A stretch of 64,000 nucleotides of DNA, taken from NCBI GenBank assembly GCA_015680685.1, contig MNCI01002485.1:1203624-1267623 (forward strand), written 5' to 3'. Positions 1 through 12,639 of this stretch are shown here, piece after piece (position 1 is the first letter of the stretch; the number at the start of each line of letters is the position of its first letter). Origin of the DNA: Gnetum montanum. Lineage: Eukaryota > Plantae > Gnetophyta. Both the position numbers and the translations under genes were made by a program. The notes beneath the pieces are model-generated. The model was given only the letters and a program-made list of their open reading frames with translations, was not told the origin of the DNA and ran no database searches.

Positions 1-724
1 CAGTCATTTGTGTCATGATCTATAGCCTCATGGTAATGGAAAATTTTTTTAGTATTATAACATTTTGGGACTAAAGTTTTCCTTTCTACATGTTGAGAAG
101 GATCTATGACTAGAGTTTGAAAGTATCTAAATCTAGCTCATGATTACTTAGAGATCTATTTTGGGATTATGTACTTCTCTCTCAGCAACATGTTGTAGTG
201 CTAAGTGTAGATCATCAAAAAATTATGATACTTGGATTGATCCCTAGATTATCTTCTTTGTTGGCCTCCATTTAATGAAGTATGCCTAGTTATATTAGAC
301 TTTATACTAGTATTTATGTTTCCTTCACAAGTAGATGAGGATGCTAGTGAAGTTTCATTCATTAGAGCCACTATTTATCTTGCATTCTGTGAGGTCTTTT
401 CTTAATCTACTTCATTGGATTTATAACTTAAGGTAACCATTCTAGATCATTATGATAAATGACCATCTCTTTAATATCTTTCACACTAAGGTGATGTCAT
501 CATGAAGGCTAGGTAACCTAGGATAAACCAACTTGTCGATAATGCAGTTGTTGATAGCCCCTTCAAAAATATCCAATACTTCAGCATTAGGAAGGGGATG
601 AATAAGCTCCATTGTTATTGAATTACATGTAGGGATAAAATTAGAGATAAACTTGATACAATCCTACTTTATGGTTAAGAGTTTTTCACTATTTCATCTT
701 TGTTAATATTTCATTTAAACCTAT

Positions 725-1728
725 TGATGAGTGGCAAGGTACCCCTACACTCAACCATACAAAATGAGCGTAGCACATGTGATCTGGTTGAACTCTACAG
801 ACTAAGTGCCTACACACCTCATGGAACACTTGGGGTTAATCATTTGTTATCTTCCCAGACTTACTTGTCATTGTCATCGTGTATGGTTAAGTAAGTCCGA
901 GGTATATGATTTTTATGGTCTTTTATGTTTTTCTCCTATGCTATTAAGTTAAGGGTTGAGAAACTAACTAACTATAACTAATGACTAAGTCTAAATTACC
1001 TAGCGTCAACATCCATTCCCACTTATCGTACACACCCTGAACCGATGCAACCACTACTAACAAATGCTAATCATTGTTGGGATCACTGTGAGTAACGCAC
1101 ATGCTCAAAGTGGTCATACTGAGGCACTTAACTAGGAGGAAAGGGGTGAGAGAATCTATCTAGCCTAAGTGCGATGAGCAGCCAATTCCTTAACTAACTG
1201 TACACATCTAGGACTACCACTGGGATTACCAAGTGTAGATGTTGGATATGCCACTGGGTTACCAAGTAGTCACACTAGATGCTCGTAATCAAGTCGTACT
1301 CATACCGCATGCGATGAGCAGCCGATTCCTTGACTATCCGTATACATCCTTAGATACTCGTAATCAAGTCATACTCATTCTGCATTCTAGGAGTTTATGG
1401 GTGAGAGAGAAAATAATAAATAAAATCATATTCCATGCACTACAAGGTTTATCCAGGAAGTTCATCTTTATTGCCATACACAACTTGTGTTCAGGTACAA
1501 TGTTACTCGAATAAATATTTGTTCACTTTAGGACTCCTACTATGGGCACATGGAAAATATTCTATCTCTGGAGTGATCAAACTACCATAGTTTCCCTACT
1601 TCTAACTCAGGATAAGGAATAAGGGGAGTGCCAGCTCTTATTTATAGATATGACGGCAGACTGCTATATCGTGGCGACCGCGATATGACGTACGTGATAT
1701 CATGGCTCATGAAAATCACGTCTCATCA
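725..1728 (-). repeat. 3' LTR of A (1004 bp)
   Basis: Direct repeat of 7076..8113 with TG...CA ends. PPT (TACCCCCATG on +) immediately inside at 1729. Confidence 0.95.
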
Positions 1729-3679
1729 TACCCCCATGACTGAATAAAAACTTGTCCTTGAGTTCCTTACAATAATATCGGGAAGGTATGGAATTATTGA
1801 GGGGAATGGAACTAATGGGATGACATGTGAATGGATCATCATTATAAGACTTGACAAAACTGGTGTTCATGACAACAAGGTTGAACACCTTATTACAATG
1901 ACATCAGGCCTTAGTTGGTAGTTGAGAAAGAGAAAGAGAAAGAAGTGTTGCTACTACCAACACCAAGATTGCACCTTTGTTGTCCATCCGTAAGCGCGCC
2001 ATCGATCTTGCTCCATGCGTAGCTACTTTAGCGCTGCTCCATTCCAAATGTTCCTTCCAAATCCAACTCCATTTTTGTATGATTTCCATCTACACACACA
2101 ACACAATCCTATATTAGCAAGGGTAAATGAATCATCATGTAATTGATACCTTGCTTTGGTGTAAGTTCGTTGGCTAGGTTGTGGTATGGCTGATATAGAT
2201 CTGGAGATATATTAATGATGACTACTGAAGGTGTAGGGGTTAGGAAGAAAATCAAAAATTTTGGGGCTAGGAGAAAATTGAAAAAATCAGGCCCCCTACC
2301 CCCATGAATAATTGCAAACCTTAGGTAGTGTTAGAATGGAGAAAGGAAAGGAGTGAGAAAGATAGATAAAAAGGGACAACTATAGCATTGATGAAATGGA
2401 TGTCAAGATGATAATGAACAAAAGAGAGTTAATTGCAAAAATGTTAGGGAAAAAAAGTTAAATTATGCATCAAATAGGAATGTCAGTGGGTCCTCCCCAA
2501 AGAAGGCTCATGCCCTTAATGCCCTGAAAAGCCCACATTCAAAGAGTCCATAGGCTCCACGAATGTCAATTGGAATGAGAGTTAAAGTCTTAACCGCAAG
2601 AATTTACCAAAAAGGAAACAATGCATCTACCAAAATGTACACTAATGATACAATCGGCAATGAGGTGAATAATGAAGAGAAGGATGGAGAGAAGAAAATG
2701 GAATGAAATCCCAAGAATAAGGTGGTGTATAGCCCCTTGTGGATTTCATGACTAATGTGACTTGGAAAATCTCATTCCAACTCCGACCTCAAACCAACCA
2801 TATCCAGTGACTTCGCATCAATGCACTTGGCCAAACCATCCACTTGAATAACAAGAATGCTTTCCCCAAGGGCCACCACCATTCTGACAAAACAGGGAGA
2901 GAATGGAAAGTGAGAAGGGCCTTAGTTAGAGGGAACATTTTTGGTCCATAACCAATGCTTGTAGCCCAAGTTTATTTCGTCTAAGGGGTGTGCTTTGAAT
3001 TCTCACTTAGTTTTTTTTTTCTTTTGTGTTTTTATGCATGAGAACCACACCATGCAAAGACTTTTTATTTTTATTGTCTCAGCTTCCGATAATTGGCGTA
3101 ACATCAGAATGGCAAGAAAACTCAAAAAGAAAACATCCAAGCACCCAAGAGAATGGCCAACACAAAAGCATCAAGTTTCCTTGAGGTCACACCCATTTCA
3201 ATCGTTGAGTCCTTCCTGATTTTGAGAAATGCCCAGTCACTGATTCATTAAAGTTCTTATTAGAAGGGGACTGTACATTTCCAAGCTGAGAGAGACCATA
3301 GAACTTGGTGGAGGGATGGATGGAGTGAACTCATTGTCTACCATATCAAAAGAAACATACCTTAGTATCAACATTGTGACTTAAGGTAAAAACCAAACAT
3401 TAGCAATCAATATGAAAATAGCTCATACCATCATTCCGAACACTTATTGGGTGACAAACTTACAGGGTGGATCACACACACACACACACACAAAATGAAA
3501 AAGTATAATGATGTTGTAAAAAAATAGAAAATTTAAAGAAATTTGTAAAACAAAAATGTGTAAAACAAAAACGTTGTAAAACAAAAACTTAAAAGAACTA
3601 AGGGTCCCATATGGTTAGCATAGGTGGCCATCTTCCCCATGACTAAGTGGAAAGGGAGAGATCCAAAATAATGTGTCTG

Positions 3680-6600
3680 TTTAAATTTCTAAGAATTGCC
3701 CAACTTCTACCAATTGATGATCTTAGATTAAGGGGTGGAAGTTGGTGATGTTCATGTTCCAATGTATATATGCTTTCTTTATGGGCATGTATTTCCTCAA
3801 TTCATTCCATGCATATTTGGTTTCTCCTTCAAGTAGCTATCAACCACGAGGTGTCTACTACTAGTTGTATGGTTGCTACATACAGGCATCTTTGTTTCAA
3901 AGTTTCAAGGGCATACCTACTACATGGAGGCATTTCCTCCATGTCATCACCCGATGAATCACTGTATGTGATGCATGGAACTTTCCTCTTCTCGATCTTT
4001 CCATAAATGTTTATCTTAGAAATTTCCAAGGAAAGATTGTGAATCCTAAGGCATGCGTCTACTGTACTCAGCCATGCCCTTCCCATTATAATTGGGAAGT
4101 CCCCTTCATTGTTGTTGACTTCAATCACCAGGAAATCAGCTAGGTAAGACCAACCACATACAGTGGTAATGATTTCCTCCACCAATCCTAAGGGAATGGT
4201 TTGCCAGCTCTAGTTGAATGTTGCTCTTCTTAAGTTGGGGTAGGTTCTAGGCATGATACATCTCCTGTGAAATTAAGTTGACTCTGGAACCTGAGTCAAG
4301 AAGAGCCCTATGTGGTTCATTTCTAACAAATTGAAGGTAGATTAAGGGACTTCCAAGATCAGTTAGCTTCCTAGGAAGGTGGCCTACCTTGATCCAGTAG
4401 GCTATGGTATGCGTTAACATAACCGTATGCATTAAGCTTTGTTGGACTGAAGGGTGCTCCAAACTGTTAGATGGTGGGGTAGTGTACATGGGCTCAACCG
4501 CTTGTTGTTGCAAGAGTTTGTCTGGGCTTTTGTTTTGAAGAAGTATCTTCTCTTTTTACATTTGTCAAAACTAGCAGCAGGTTGAATATTTATAGCTCTC
4601 GCAACGTGACGTTGCTACGGTTGAGGAGGAAGTTTCCCTTGCTTTGTTGGAGTAGGAGGTGTTATGGGGACTACTTGTGGAAGAGGTGCAGATGGATTTG
4701 GAGGATGGTGTGGGTATGAAGTATCTTCCAGAGGAGAAGGAGTCCTTCTGAAGTACTTCTGAACTTGGTAGTAATAGTGAGGAGTTTTGTGACTCATAGA
4801 GTCACTTGGAAAAATTGGCTACTGCACATAATATCCATAAGGGTCAGGCTGCCGGTAAGGGTACTGATGTTTCAACGATGGCATCCCCCATGACTGTGGA
4901 TATTGCCACTACTGATGTTGTTCGATGGGTTGTGGTGGAGTTTCACTTGGATAATACATTAATGGTTGGTGAAACTGCCTTGGGTTACCTTGGGAATAAG
5001 GTAACCTATGGGGTGTTTGTCGTTGGTTGAGTCTTGGATTAAATGCATACACCCTAGACTCTTGTAGATGTGAGATAATTGGATAACATCCCTTAGGATG
5101 GTCATATTGGTAGATCTCACATCCACCATCATCATCTATGTTAAATTCCATAGCGACATTGGAGTTATTAATTTTCCCCTTACCCTTGTTATGTGCAGGG
5201 CCTAAATCTCTCCACTTTGTCTTACCTTTGTCACTACTTTGTTCTACCTTAGACTCTTCTACAATTTTTAAGATAGTTTCAATTTTAGATTCTAAGGAAC
5301 TCCATACATCATCTACCTTAGCCGCTATTTTTTTTGTGAGCTTTTGAAGCGGCAAGGTCTTTCTGTTTACCAACTCTTTGATTGATGACTCATCCTCTTC
5401 ATCACAAAATTTCACTCCCTTCTTTCGAAGAGAGGGGTTACGGTTGTATTCTTCTACACTTTCCCTTTTTCATAGCTCACCGTCTCCTTTTTCTACTTGC
5501 TCCAAAAAGTGATGTACTTCATGGGCTCTAAGTTGTGAGTGTCTCCCTTGGGCATAAGTTCCAAGGGTTCTTTTAGTTTCATGCCTTAGCCCATCCACAA
5601 TGTGGCAAAGTTGATCCCTTTGACCATACCCATGGCCCGGGCAATGATGTAACAATGTGTAGTAGTGGGCCATGGTAGCATCCAAGGGTTCATAAGTACC
5701 TTGCTTCCAGCCTTGTATCTTCTTACATATATTGGACACTCTGGAGTATGTTTGATACTTATCATTGAAGAGTTCTAGCATCATACTCCACCTCTTGATG
5801 GTTTCCAGTTCTAAGGACCGGTACCAACTCTCTACTTCCCTGATGAGTGTCCTTAGAAAAAACTTAAGTTTTTTCCACTCATTTTCTATATTCTGCAAGG
5901 CATAGGCATCATGGAATTCCTATAAATGATTTTGTGAATTAGCATTGTATCCCCCTTCAAATCGTGGGATATTGTTCATGTCTAAACATTTGATCTAACT
6001 ATATTTTAAATGCCTTGTGGGAATCCTAACTACCTCTGTTATGTCATGCATACTTTGGATTGTGAGTAGGGGCTCGTCATGATCATCTCTTTCATGACAC
6101 TTGTGATGTCTACATTTTTCCCTACTCTTCCTACATCCTTGCCCTTGTCCTCTCTCTCAACTTTCCCATCGAGGTCTCTCATTTTTTCTACCTTTATCCT
6201 TTTCATTGTGTTCATGATGGCTACGCCCAGATGTGGAAGGAGAGGGTGAGTGGTGTGAAGAAGGGGAAGAAGAAGGGGAACCATCGCCATGACGATGTTT
6301 CTTATCTTCTCTTTTGCTGCTCCGGCCCCGATTATGGTGACGATCTAAGTGCCTGTCCTTAGCATGAGTGGTTGTTCCCACTATGAATAGTTGGTGTTCA
6401 CGGGCATTAAAACCATGGTTATGTATCATTGATCATAGGTTCTGATACCCCACCTCCTCACCATCATTAGGAGTGGGAACATCATTTGCTAAAGAACTCG
6501 TTATAAGGGGTTCCTCATCTCCTATTTCACTAAGGGTGTGCAGACCTTTGCCCTTCAAAAGTGTATGTTGACTCTCCTGCCTTGAGTCCCTCATATGTTG

Positions 6601-6780
6601 TGCTTCTGTGGGATGATAAGCCCTCATATCAAATTCTTCCACAACGTATTCAACATATAATTCAGTCATGCCTATCTATGCCAAGGCATGGAAAAGCATG
6701 TGAGAGACTGATCGATCTGGGAGTAACACGATGTTACCTTGCAAATCTCTCCATCGCAGTTGCTCATCTTGATGGAGGAT
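3680..6780 (-). pseudogene. gag-pro: gag-protease pseudogene of A with a long R/H/S-rich N-terminal extension
   Basis: ORFs 6433..6669, 6157..6429, 5470..5898 (gag core), 4247..4513 (ALLDSGSRVNLI protease motif) and 3829..4185 (ADFLVI...PIIMGRAWL). Stops and frameshifts. Confidence 0.85.
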
Positions 6781-7056
6781 AAAGGTAAAGTTTGGAATAT
6801 ACTCATTAGGATGAGTATAAACTATCTTGTATTGTTTAGTACTTGGCTAATTTCGGCTATGTATTTTATGTTGCTGACTGTCTCGTGTATGGTCCTTAGG
6901 TGGTGAGTTGCTATTATGAGACAAAGATATTGTTATCGATGTGCTAATTTTACCGTTATATAAATTCTTCTTTAATTAATTATCCCGAAGGTTCATTTAG
7001 GCTCCCAACGATGTGAGTGATATCCTTTATGTTCTATTCAGTGCACAAACACTTAA

Positions 7057-7074
7057 TCCCTAGCAACAGTGCCA
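7057..7074 (-). promoter_or_regulatory. Primer binding site, tRNA-Asp type (element A)
   Basis: Minus strand TGGCACTGTTGCTAGGGA matches the Athila PBS TGGCGCCGTTGCCGGGGA; all differences are transitions. Confidence 0.85.
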
Positions 7075-7075
7075 A

Positions 7076-8113
7076 TGATGAGTGGCGAGGTACCCCTACA
7101 CTCAACCATACGAAACGAGCGTAGCATGCGCGATCCAGTCAAACTCTACAGACTAAGTGCCTACACGCCCCATGGAACACTTGGGGTTAATCATTCTTTG
7201 TCTTCCCAAACTTACTTGTGGTTGTCATGGTGTATGGTTAAGTAAGTCCGAGGTATATGATTTTTATGGTCTTTTATTTTTTTCTGCTATGCTATTGAGT
7301 TGAGGGTTGAGAAACTAACTAACTCTAACTAATGAATAAGTCTAAATTACCTAGCGTCAACATCCATTCCCACTTACCATACACACCTTGAATTGATGCA
7401 ACCATGGCTACCAAATGCTAATCATTACTGGGATCACCGTGCATAACGCACATGCTCGAAGTGGTCGTACTGAGGCACTTAACTAGGAGGAAAGAGGTGA
7501 GAGAATCTATCTAGCCTAAGTGTGATGAGCAACCAATTCCTTGACTAACCATACACATCTAGGACTACCACTAGGATTACCAATCGTATATCTTGGATAC
7601 GCCACTGGGTTACCAAGTAGTCATACTAGATTCTCATAATCAAGTCGTACTCATACAGCATGCGATGAGCAGCCGATTCCTTGACTATCCGTACACATCC
7701 TTAGATGCTTGTAATCAAGTCATACTCATTTTGCATTCTAGGAGTTTAAGGATGAGAGAGAAAATAATAAATAAAATCATATTACATGCACTGTAAGGTT
7801 TATCTAGGAAGTTTGTCTTTATTTCCGTACACAACTTGTGTTCAGGTACAATGTTGCTTGAATAAAGATCCATTCACTTTAGGACTCCTACTACGGGCAA
7901 ATGGAAAATATTCTATCTCTAGAGTGATCAAAATACTAGAGTTTTCCTACTTCTAACTCAAGATGAGGAATAAGGGGAGTGCCACCTCTTATTTATAGAT
8001 ATGGTGGCAGACCGTGATATCGTGTACATGATATCATAGGGGACGATGTGATATCGCATACGCAATATCGCATGGGATGCGATATCATGGCTCATGCGAA
8101 TCGTGTCTCATCA
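7076..8113 (-). repeat. 5' LTR of A (1038 bp)
   Basis: Direct repeat of 725..1728, adjacent to the PBS. TATA box (TATAAATA on the minus strand) near 7990-7997. Confidence 0.95.
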
Positions 8114-9149
8114 CCTATTTATAAAGACTATGAAGAGATACTTTAAGAAAGTGATAATTCCATGAAGAAGGGCTCTATATCATTCCAAGCTTAAAGTGGT
8201 CAATGAGTTTTTAAAACTATGGAAGACAGTATAAAGGTAGTTAGTCAATAGCATGTGTTCATTATGAAAAATTGGTAACATGGTATTGTTGCCTACTTCT
8301 AACACAAAAAAGAAATATTGCCCTCCTTCTAGCACCAGTTAAAGGATATTGTAGAATCAAGAATACCTCTACTATAGATCAATAACCTTTTTATCAAAAT
8401 CATTTTATGTGGTTGCTAGTCTTTGATACCACCAAGGTACAAATGCCCCTAAATATCCTTTGTTGGTAAATGAGCTAATGTGACTAATTGTAAATAATGA
8501 TGAAAATCTATCTATAAGACAAGAAAATAATTTTAAGAAACCTTTTTTTTGTATATATTCAATTATGTATCTCTTTTAGCTATCTCTTAAAATAAATCAA
8601 GAAATTGAAAAACTCTCTTATAAATCTAGACTTGAATATTATAACATACACATATAGTAAATGGATAGTTTTATAGACAAAGTCAATCTTAAATTCTTAG
8701 CTATCTAGTACCTAACTTCCTAGAGCAAGATCATAAAAGCTTTGCTAAAAAAAGTAGGAAACTAAGAAAAAAAAAATTATTCATAAAGCTTAGAACCATA
8801 CATAGTTGACAATATTTCTATGTTAAACTAATTAAGGAATTATACTTAATGGAGTTATCCCATTCAATCAAAATAATAGAAATAAGCTAAAACTTTTCTT
8901 CATAGATCAAATAGTCTATTCCAAATCTAGCAATCCATTTTTATGTAAGTATATAGTACCAATACTAGACAAAATAAAAAAAGCTAATTAACTAAAGATA
9001 ATAAGCTAAGAGATAGAAACATAAAAGAGACAAATGGAACTTGCTTAGATATGCCATTACTAAAGAGTCCTTGCAAATTTATTCTTCAGAAAGTCTTAGC
9101 TTCAAAAAGTCCTAAAAAGATCCTCCCTTTTTTACAATTCCACCTTGGC

Positions 9150-10330
9150 CTTAATATAGTGGCCCTAGGTAGTTACAATGGTTGTAGAACTTAAAGCTAT
9201 AATCTTGACAATCTCTCCTTGAACAACTACAATTCTTTAGCTAATAGTTAAGCTTCCTAGAGGATCTTCTTCATTTTTTGCACTTGGAGCCCTTTTGTAG
9301 CTAGCTATTGTGATAGATTTCCATAATTAATGAGGGTATTGATAGCCTAGTTCATTGAATCTTGCTTAGATCTATTAAGATTTATAATGATTTTTTTGGC
9401 ATTACTCTTTCCAAAGCCTTGAGGATCATAAAACTTAGAAGTAGGGATGATGAATAAGTTTTCCAAATCAAAATTACTTCAACACAAAGCACACACCAAT
9501 TTTAACCAAAATTACTCCTTTTCTTTGACCAACCTTTCATTTACAAGTTTGGCATCTACTAGTTCTTAATTAACTTGCTAATTAAACTTAGTGAATTTTT
9601 CATTCTTAGCCCTAAGGTCTGAGATTTCTTTTGTAAGGTTTGAAATATTTAAATTTAATGAAGAGATGTCTTGATCCTTATCTTTTTGTTATTTTTTCAT
9701 CTCTGTGCAAAGACTTTGATACCATTTTTCAAATTCATGATATGAGGAGCTAGCATCATCATCTATGAGAGTCATATAGATGAAATGTGAACTCTTCACA
9801 TCATCCTTCTACTCTTCATCATCCCAACTAGTGTAGAAGTTGGTCTTTTTTATCTCTTTAACACTTCTACCCTGTCATCTTAACCTTCCACTACTATAAT
9901 AATTGGATGACATATGGCTTCTTCCTCCACATACCTATCATTATATAAAAGAAAGATTAACATTAGCATTTGAAATATTAGTACCTCTTTCCTTACCTTT
10001 TTCTCTACCTCTAAAGTTATTGGATCAATTTTCTTTTATGAAATTTTTTAGACATTTATCTTTTCACTTTTGATTTTTGGGATTCCATAAAGATTTCTTA
10101 TTCATCTTCTCAAACACATTGGTTACTCTTTGAATCTTAGCCTTAAGGTTTGATTTTTCTTCCTTAAGATAAGAACATTCATCACTAAGACCTATAATTT
10201 TCATTTCCTTGACTTGTAAAGCATATTTTATATCAATACATATGTTTTGAAAAGAAATAACTTCATAACATTCCATACCTTTCTTCAAAGGAAATATCAT
10301 TATTTAATCTTTCTTTATTATTTTGATGGT
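9150..10330 (-). pseudogene. gag: Degenerate gag-like region of F (coiled coil, zinc-knuckle remnant)
   Basis: ORF 10064..10300. Knuckle remnant near 9900-9945. TSWDDE motif and GxxG-F-G motif near 9400-9530. Many stops. Confidence 0.55.
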
Positions 10331-10516
10331 TATAATGTCTTCTATTTTTGAATGAAAATAGGGGAATGAGAGACTTACCTTTATAGTAGATGTGATATAG
10401 AAATTGAGCACAACAATTGATCAAGAAAATTAGTCTCTTTAGCCAAATGTGTGTGATGTTGATACCCCCTTCCATGTTCACTTTTCAAAGATTAATGTAG
10501 AGTGCAAGAGTATAAG

Positions 10517-10528
10517 GCTTTGATACCA
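10517..10528 (-). promoter_or_regulatory. Primer binding site, tRNA-iMet (element F)
   Basis: Minus strand reads TGGTATCAAAGC against the canonical TGGTATCAGAGC, 2 nt from the LTR. Confidence 0.85.
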
Positions 10529-10530
10529 CT

Positions 10531-11803
10531 TGAGAATCATAGAACTTAAAAGGGGGGGAGGGGGGTGCAGGTGGATGAATAAGTTTCCCAAATAAAAATT
10601 ACTTCAACACAATGCACATACCAATTTTAGCATGGTTTCCAAACATGGGTATTCTACACTCAGAGGGTAGATCACTTGCACACCTCTAGACTTTGTTTCT
10701 CTAAAATGTGGTTTGAAAGGCACCATACCCTGTACAAGCTCGAAGCTCTACTCCAAAGTGTTTCTTCATAATGAAACCACTCAAGCTTGTAGGTTACTGA
10801 TAAGCTTAGAATGTAGTTTCTAGGATCCCACAACCTTTGCAACTTGAGCTCCACTCTAGAGTGTTGTAACGATACACCAACACACAATCCCAAAAGATTC
10901 TTGACAAGCTAAAGGATGATGCCTTCATTGAACAAGCACATCAACATGGCAACAAGAAAGAGAAAAATAAATTACAAGGGAAGGATGCAACTAATTTTCT
11001 AGTCCTTGTACCTTAAAGCACAATATAATATAATCACTACTACAATACAAATGACATTATAATGAATTACATAAGTACAATAGATTAGAAAATGAAGGCT
11101 TGATGTAGATTATTCACATTCACTTCTTCTATTCCCAAGAATTAATGTCTTCTTATAGCATTGGAGTTTCGAACAATGCCTCAAAATATGTGCAATGGTC
11201 CTTAATAGCTAGTGTAGATGTCTTCTTCAAAATTATGATGTCTACCTGAGATTAGCCTCAAATCTAGGAAGATGCATTCTATTTTTGGAAGATGTATACT
11301 CTTTAGGGAAGATGTCTCTAGGAAGAAATCTACTAGGGGATGTCTACATGTAGACATCTATACCGTAGGGTCCAAAAATGAAACTACTCATTTTGATGCT
11401 GTGAGCATCTAAATGCCTCTAACGAAGTTTCCATAAGCCCTATAACCTCCTAGACTCATCAAAATGAATCAAAAACACTTCAAAATATTCCAAAATATCC
11501 AAGAATAACCCTTAACAAAAATCAAAATAATTAGACACATTTAGCTTCCTCTTAGTCTTTCACATGCTCCCAATTTTCTTATGAAGTCCATGTCCAATCT
11601 CTCTTGAGTCCTTGCAATCCTCACTTTGTCATTTCATTGTAGCTCTCATTCCTTGAGTCCTCATTCATGTCCAGCAAGTCCTTGTTGTCTCCACTTTGAC
11701 ATATCTTTGTAGAAGTCATCTCATGAGCTCTCCTTCATGCCCTGTAACAAAATCACATTTCACAAAACAATCTATGTTCTCCATTCTCCTTAAGGTGTTG
11801 ACA
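10531..11803 (-). repeat. 5' LTR of element F
   Basis: TG at 10531 next to the PBS. Candidate other end GTGTTGACA at 11803. GGAAGATG motifs and a perfect 20-bp palindrome at 11339-11358. The right boundary is unconfirmed because the partner LTR is outside the window. Confidence 0.6.
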
Positions 11804-12639
11804 TACCAAAAGGTCAAGAAGCCTAATTTGATTATTGAGTTATTTATTTTAAATAAAGTAGTTCCTACACTAGAAGAATCATATTCAAATTCTACCTTCT
11901 TTTGAGTGGTTTTTTCTATGATACTTGTAATAGCCATCATCATTACTCAATAAAGCTTTGTTTTTATTGGGACAGTTGCTCCCTTTTATTTGTAGCAAGT
12001 TCATATATTTCATGAATCCTTATTTTTATCTATGTGAACATGACTTGTTTCTCTTTCATCTTTGTAATTTCTTCTTCTTTTTCTTTCATCCATTCCTTGT
12101 TTTACTCCATCTAAGTACTTAATTCCTTAAATCTCAAAAGGACAAGATGAGAGTAATATAGAGACTTACCTTTTCTAGCTTGTTCTAGTTTGTAGCTTAT
12201 TGTAACTACTCCTTCCTTCTAACTAGGCCATTAATTCTTATTTTCTAGCAATGATTCTTTGATAGTTATCATTTATTTGATATTTTCATTCTCCTTTGTT
12301 AGGCTCTTTATTTCTCCTCATAACTTAGACATTTCTTGCTCATTTTATAATAAACAATCTTGTAACTTAGCTATCTGATTATTAGCTATTTGTCTCATGT
12401 CTTTAATCAAGGTAGCTATGGTATCTGACATTTCTCCGTATGACATTGCAAGCTTTGTTTTCCTATTTCTATATCATGCTCCTTGTACAAAAACCAAACA
12501 CTAGCTTCTATCTCTAAAATAGTAGGGGGCTTCTGGCTCAATATAATCCTACCTTCTTTCTCCTTGATTCTAAATGATCAAGCTACTCCCTTCATCAAAT
12601 AGCTAGTGGGAAATGTAAGGGCTAAAGATGAGCTTTATC
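11804..12639 (-). pseudogene. Decayed coiled-coil-like coding fragment of unknown, probably TE, origin; oldest layer between F and C
   Basis: Minus strand reads ..MSDTIATLIKDMRQIANQIAKLQDCLL.. with stops. Candidate splice donor AG/GTAAGT near 12169. Confidence 0.3.

Larger units (their letters stand above)
725..8113 (-). mobile_element. Element A: complete non-autonomous Athila-like Ty3/gypsy element (gag and protease only)
   Basis: Paired LTRs with TGATGAG...CTCATCA ends. Perfect 5-bp TSD CCTAT (720-724 and 8114-8118). tRNA-Asp-type PBS and a PPT. Internal region homologous to B but lacking RT-RH-INT. Confidence 0.95.
1..11803 (-). mobile_element. Element F: Sirevirus (SIRE)-like Ty1/copia remnant, apparently lacking pol; runs off the left edge; interrupted by element A
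   Basis: Met PBS at 10517-10528. The LTR 3' end carries a SIRE-like ATTCA...CCCCCCT tract. Degenerate gag with a knuckle remnant (VCGGRSHMSSN) followed by KTNFYTSWDDEE. No RT, RH or INT recognised in the part seen. Confidence 0.65.

Noticed and set aside
3474-3492. (CA)n and (AT)n microsatellites here and at ~2092, ~18567 and ~21840
   Set aside because: They are short and ordinary.
3245-3680. Novel filler sequence replacing pol in element A
   Set aside because: Homology with B resumes right at B's N (47451), so this segment is probably normal post-integrase sequence missing from B because of an assembly gap.
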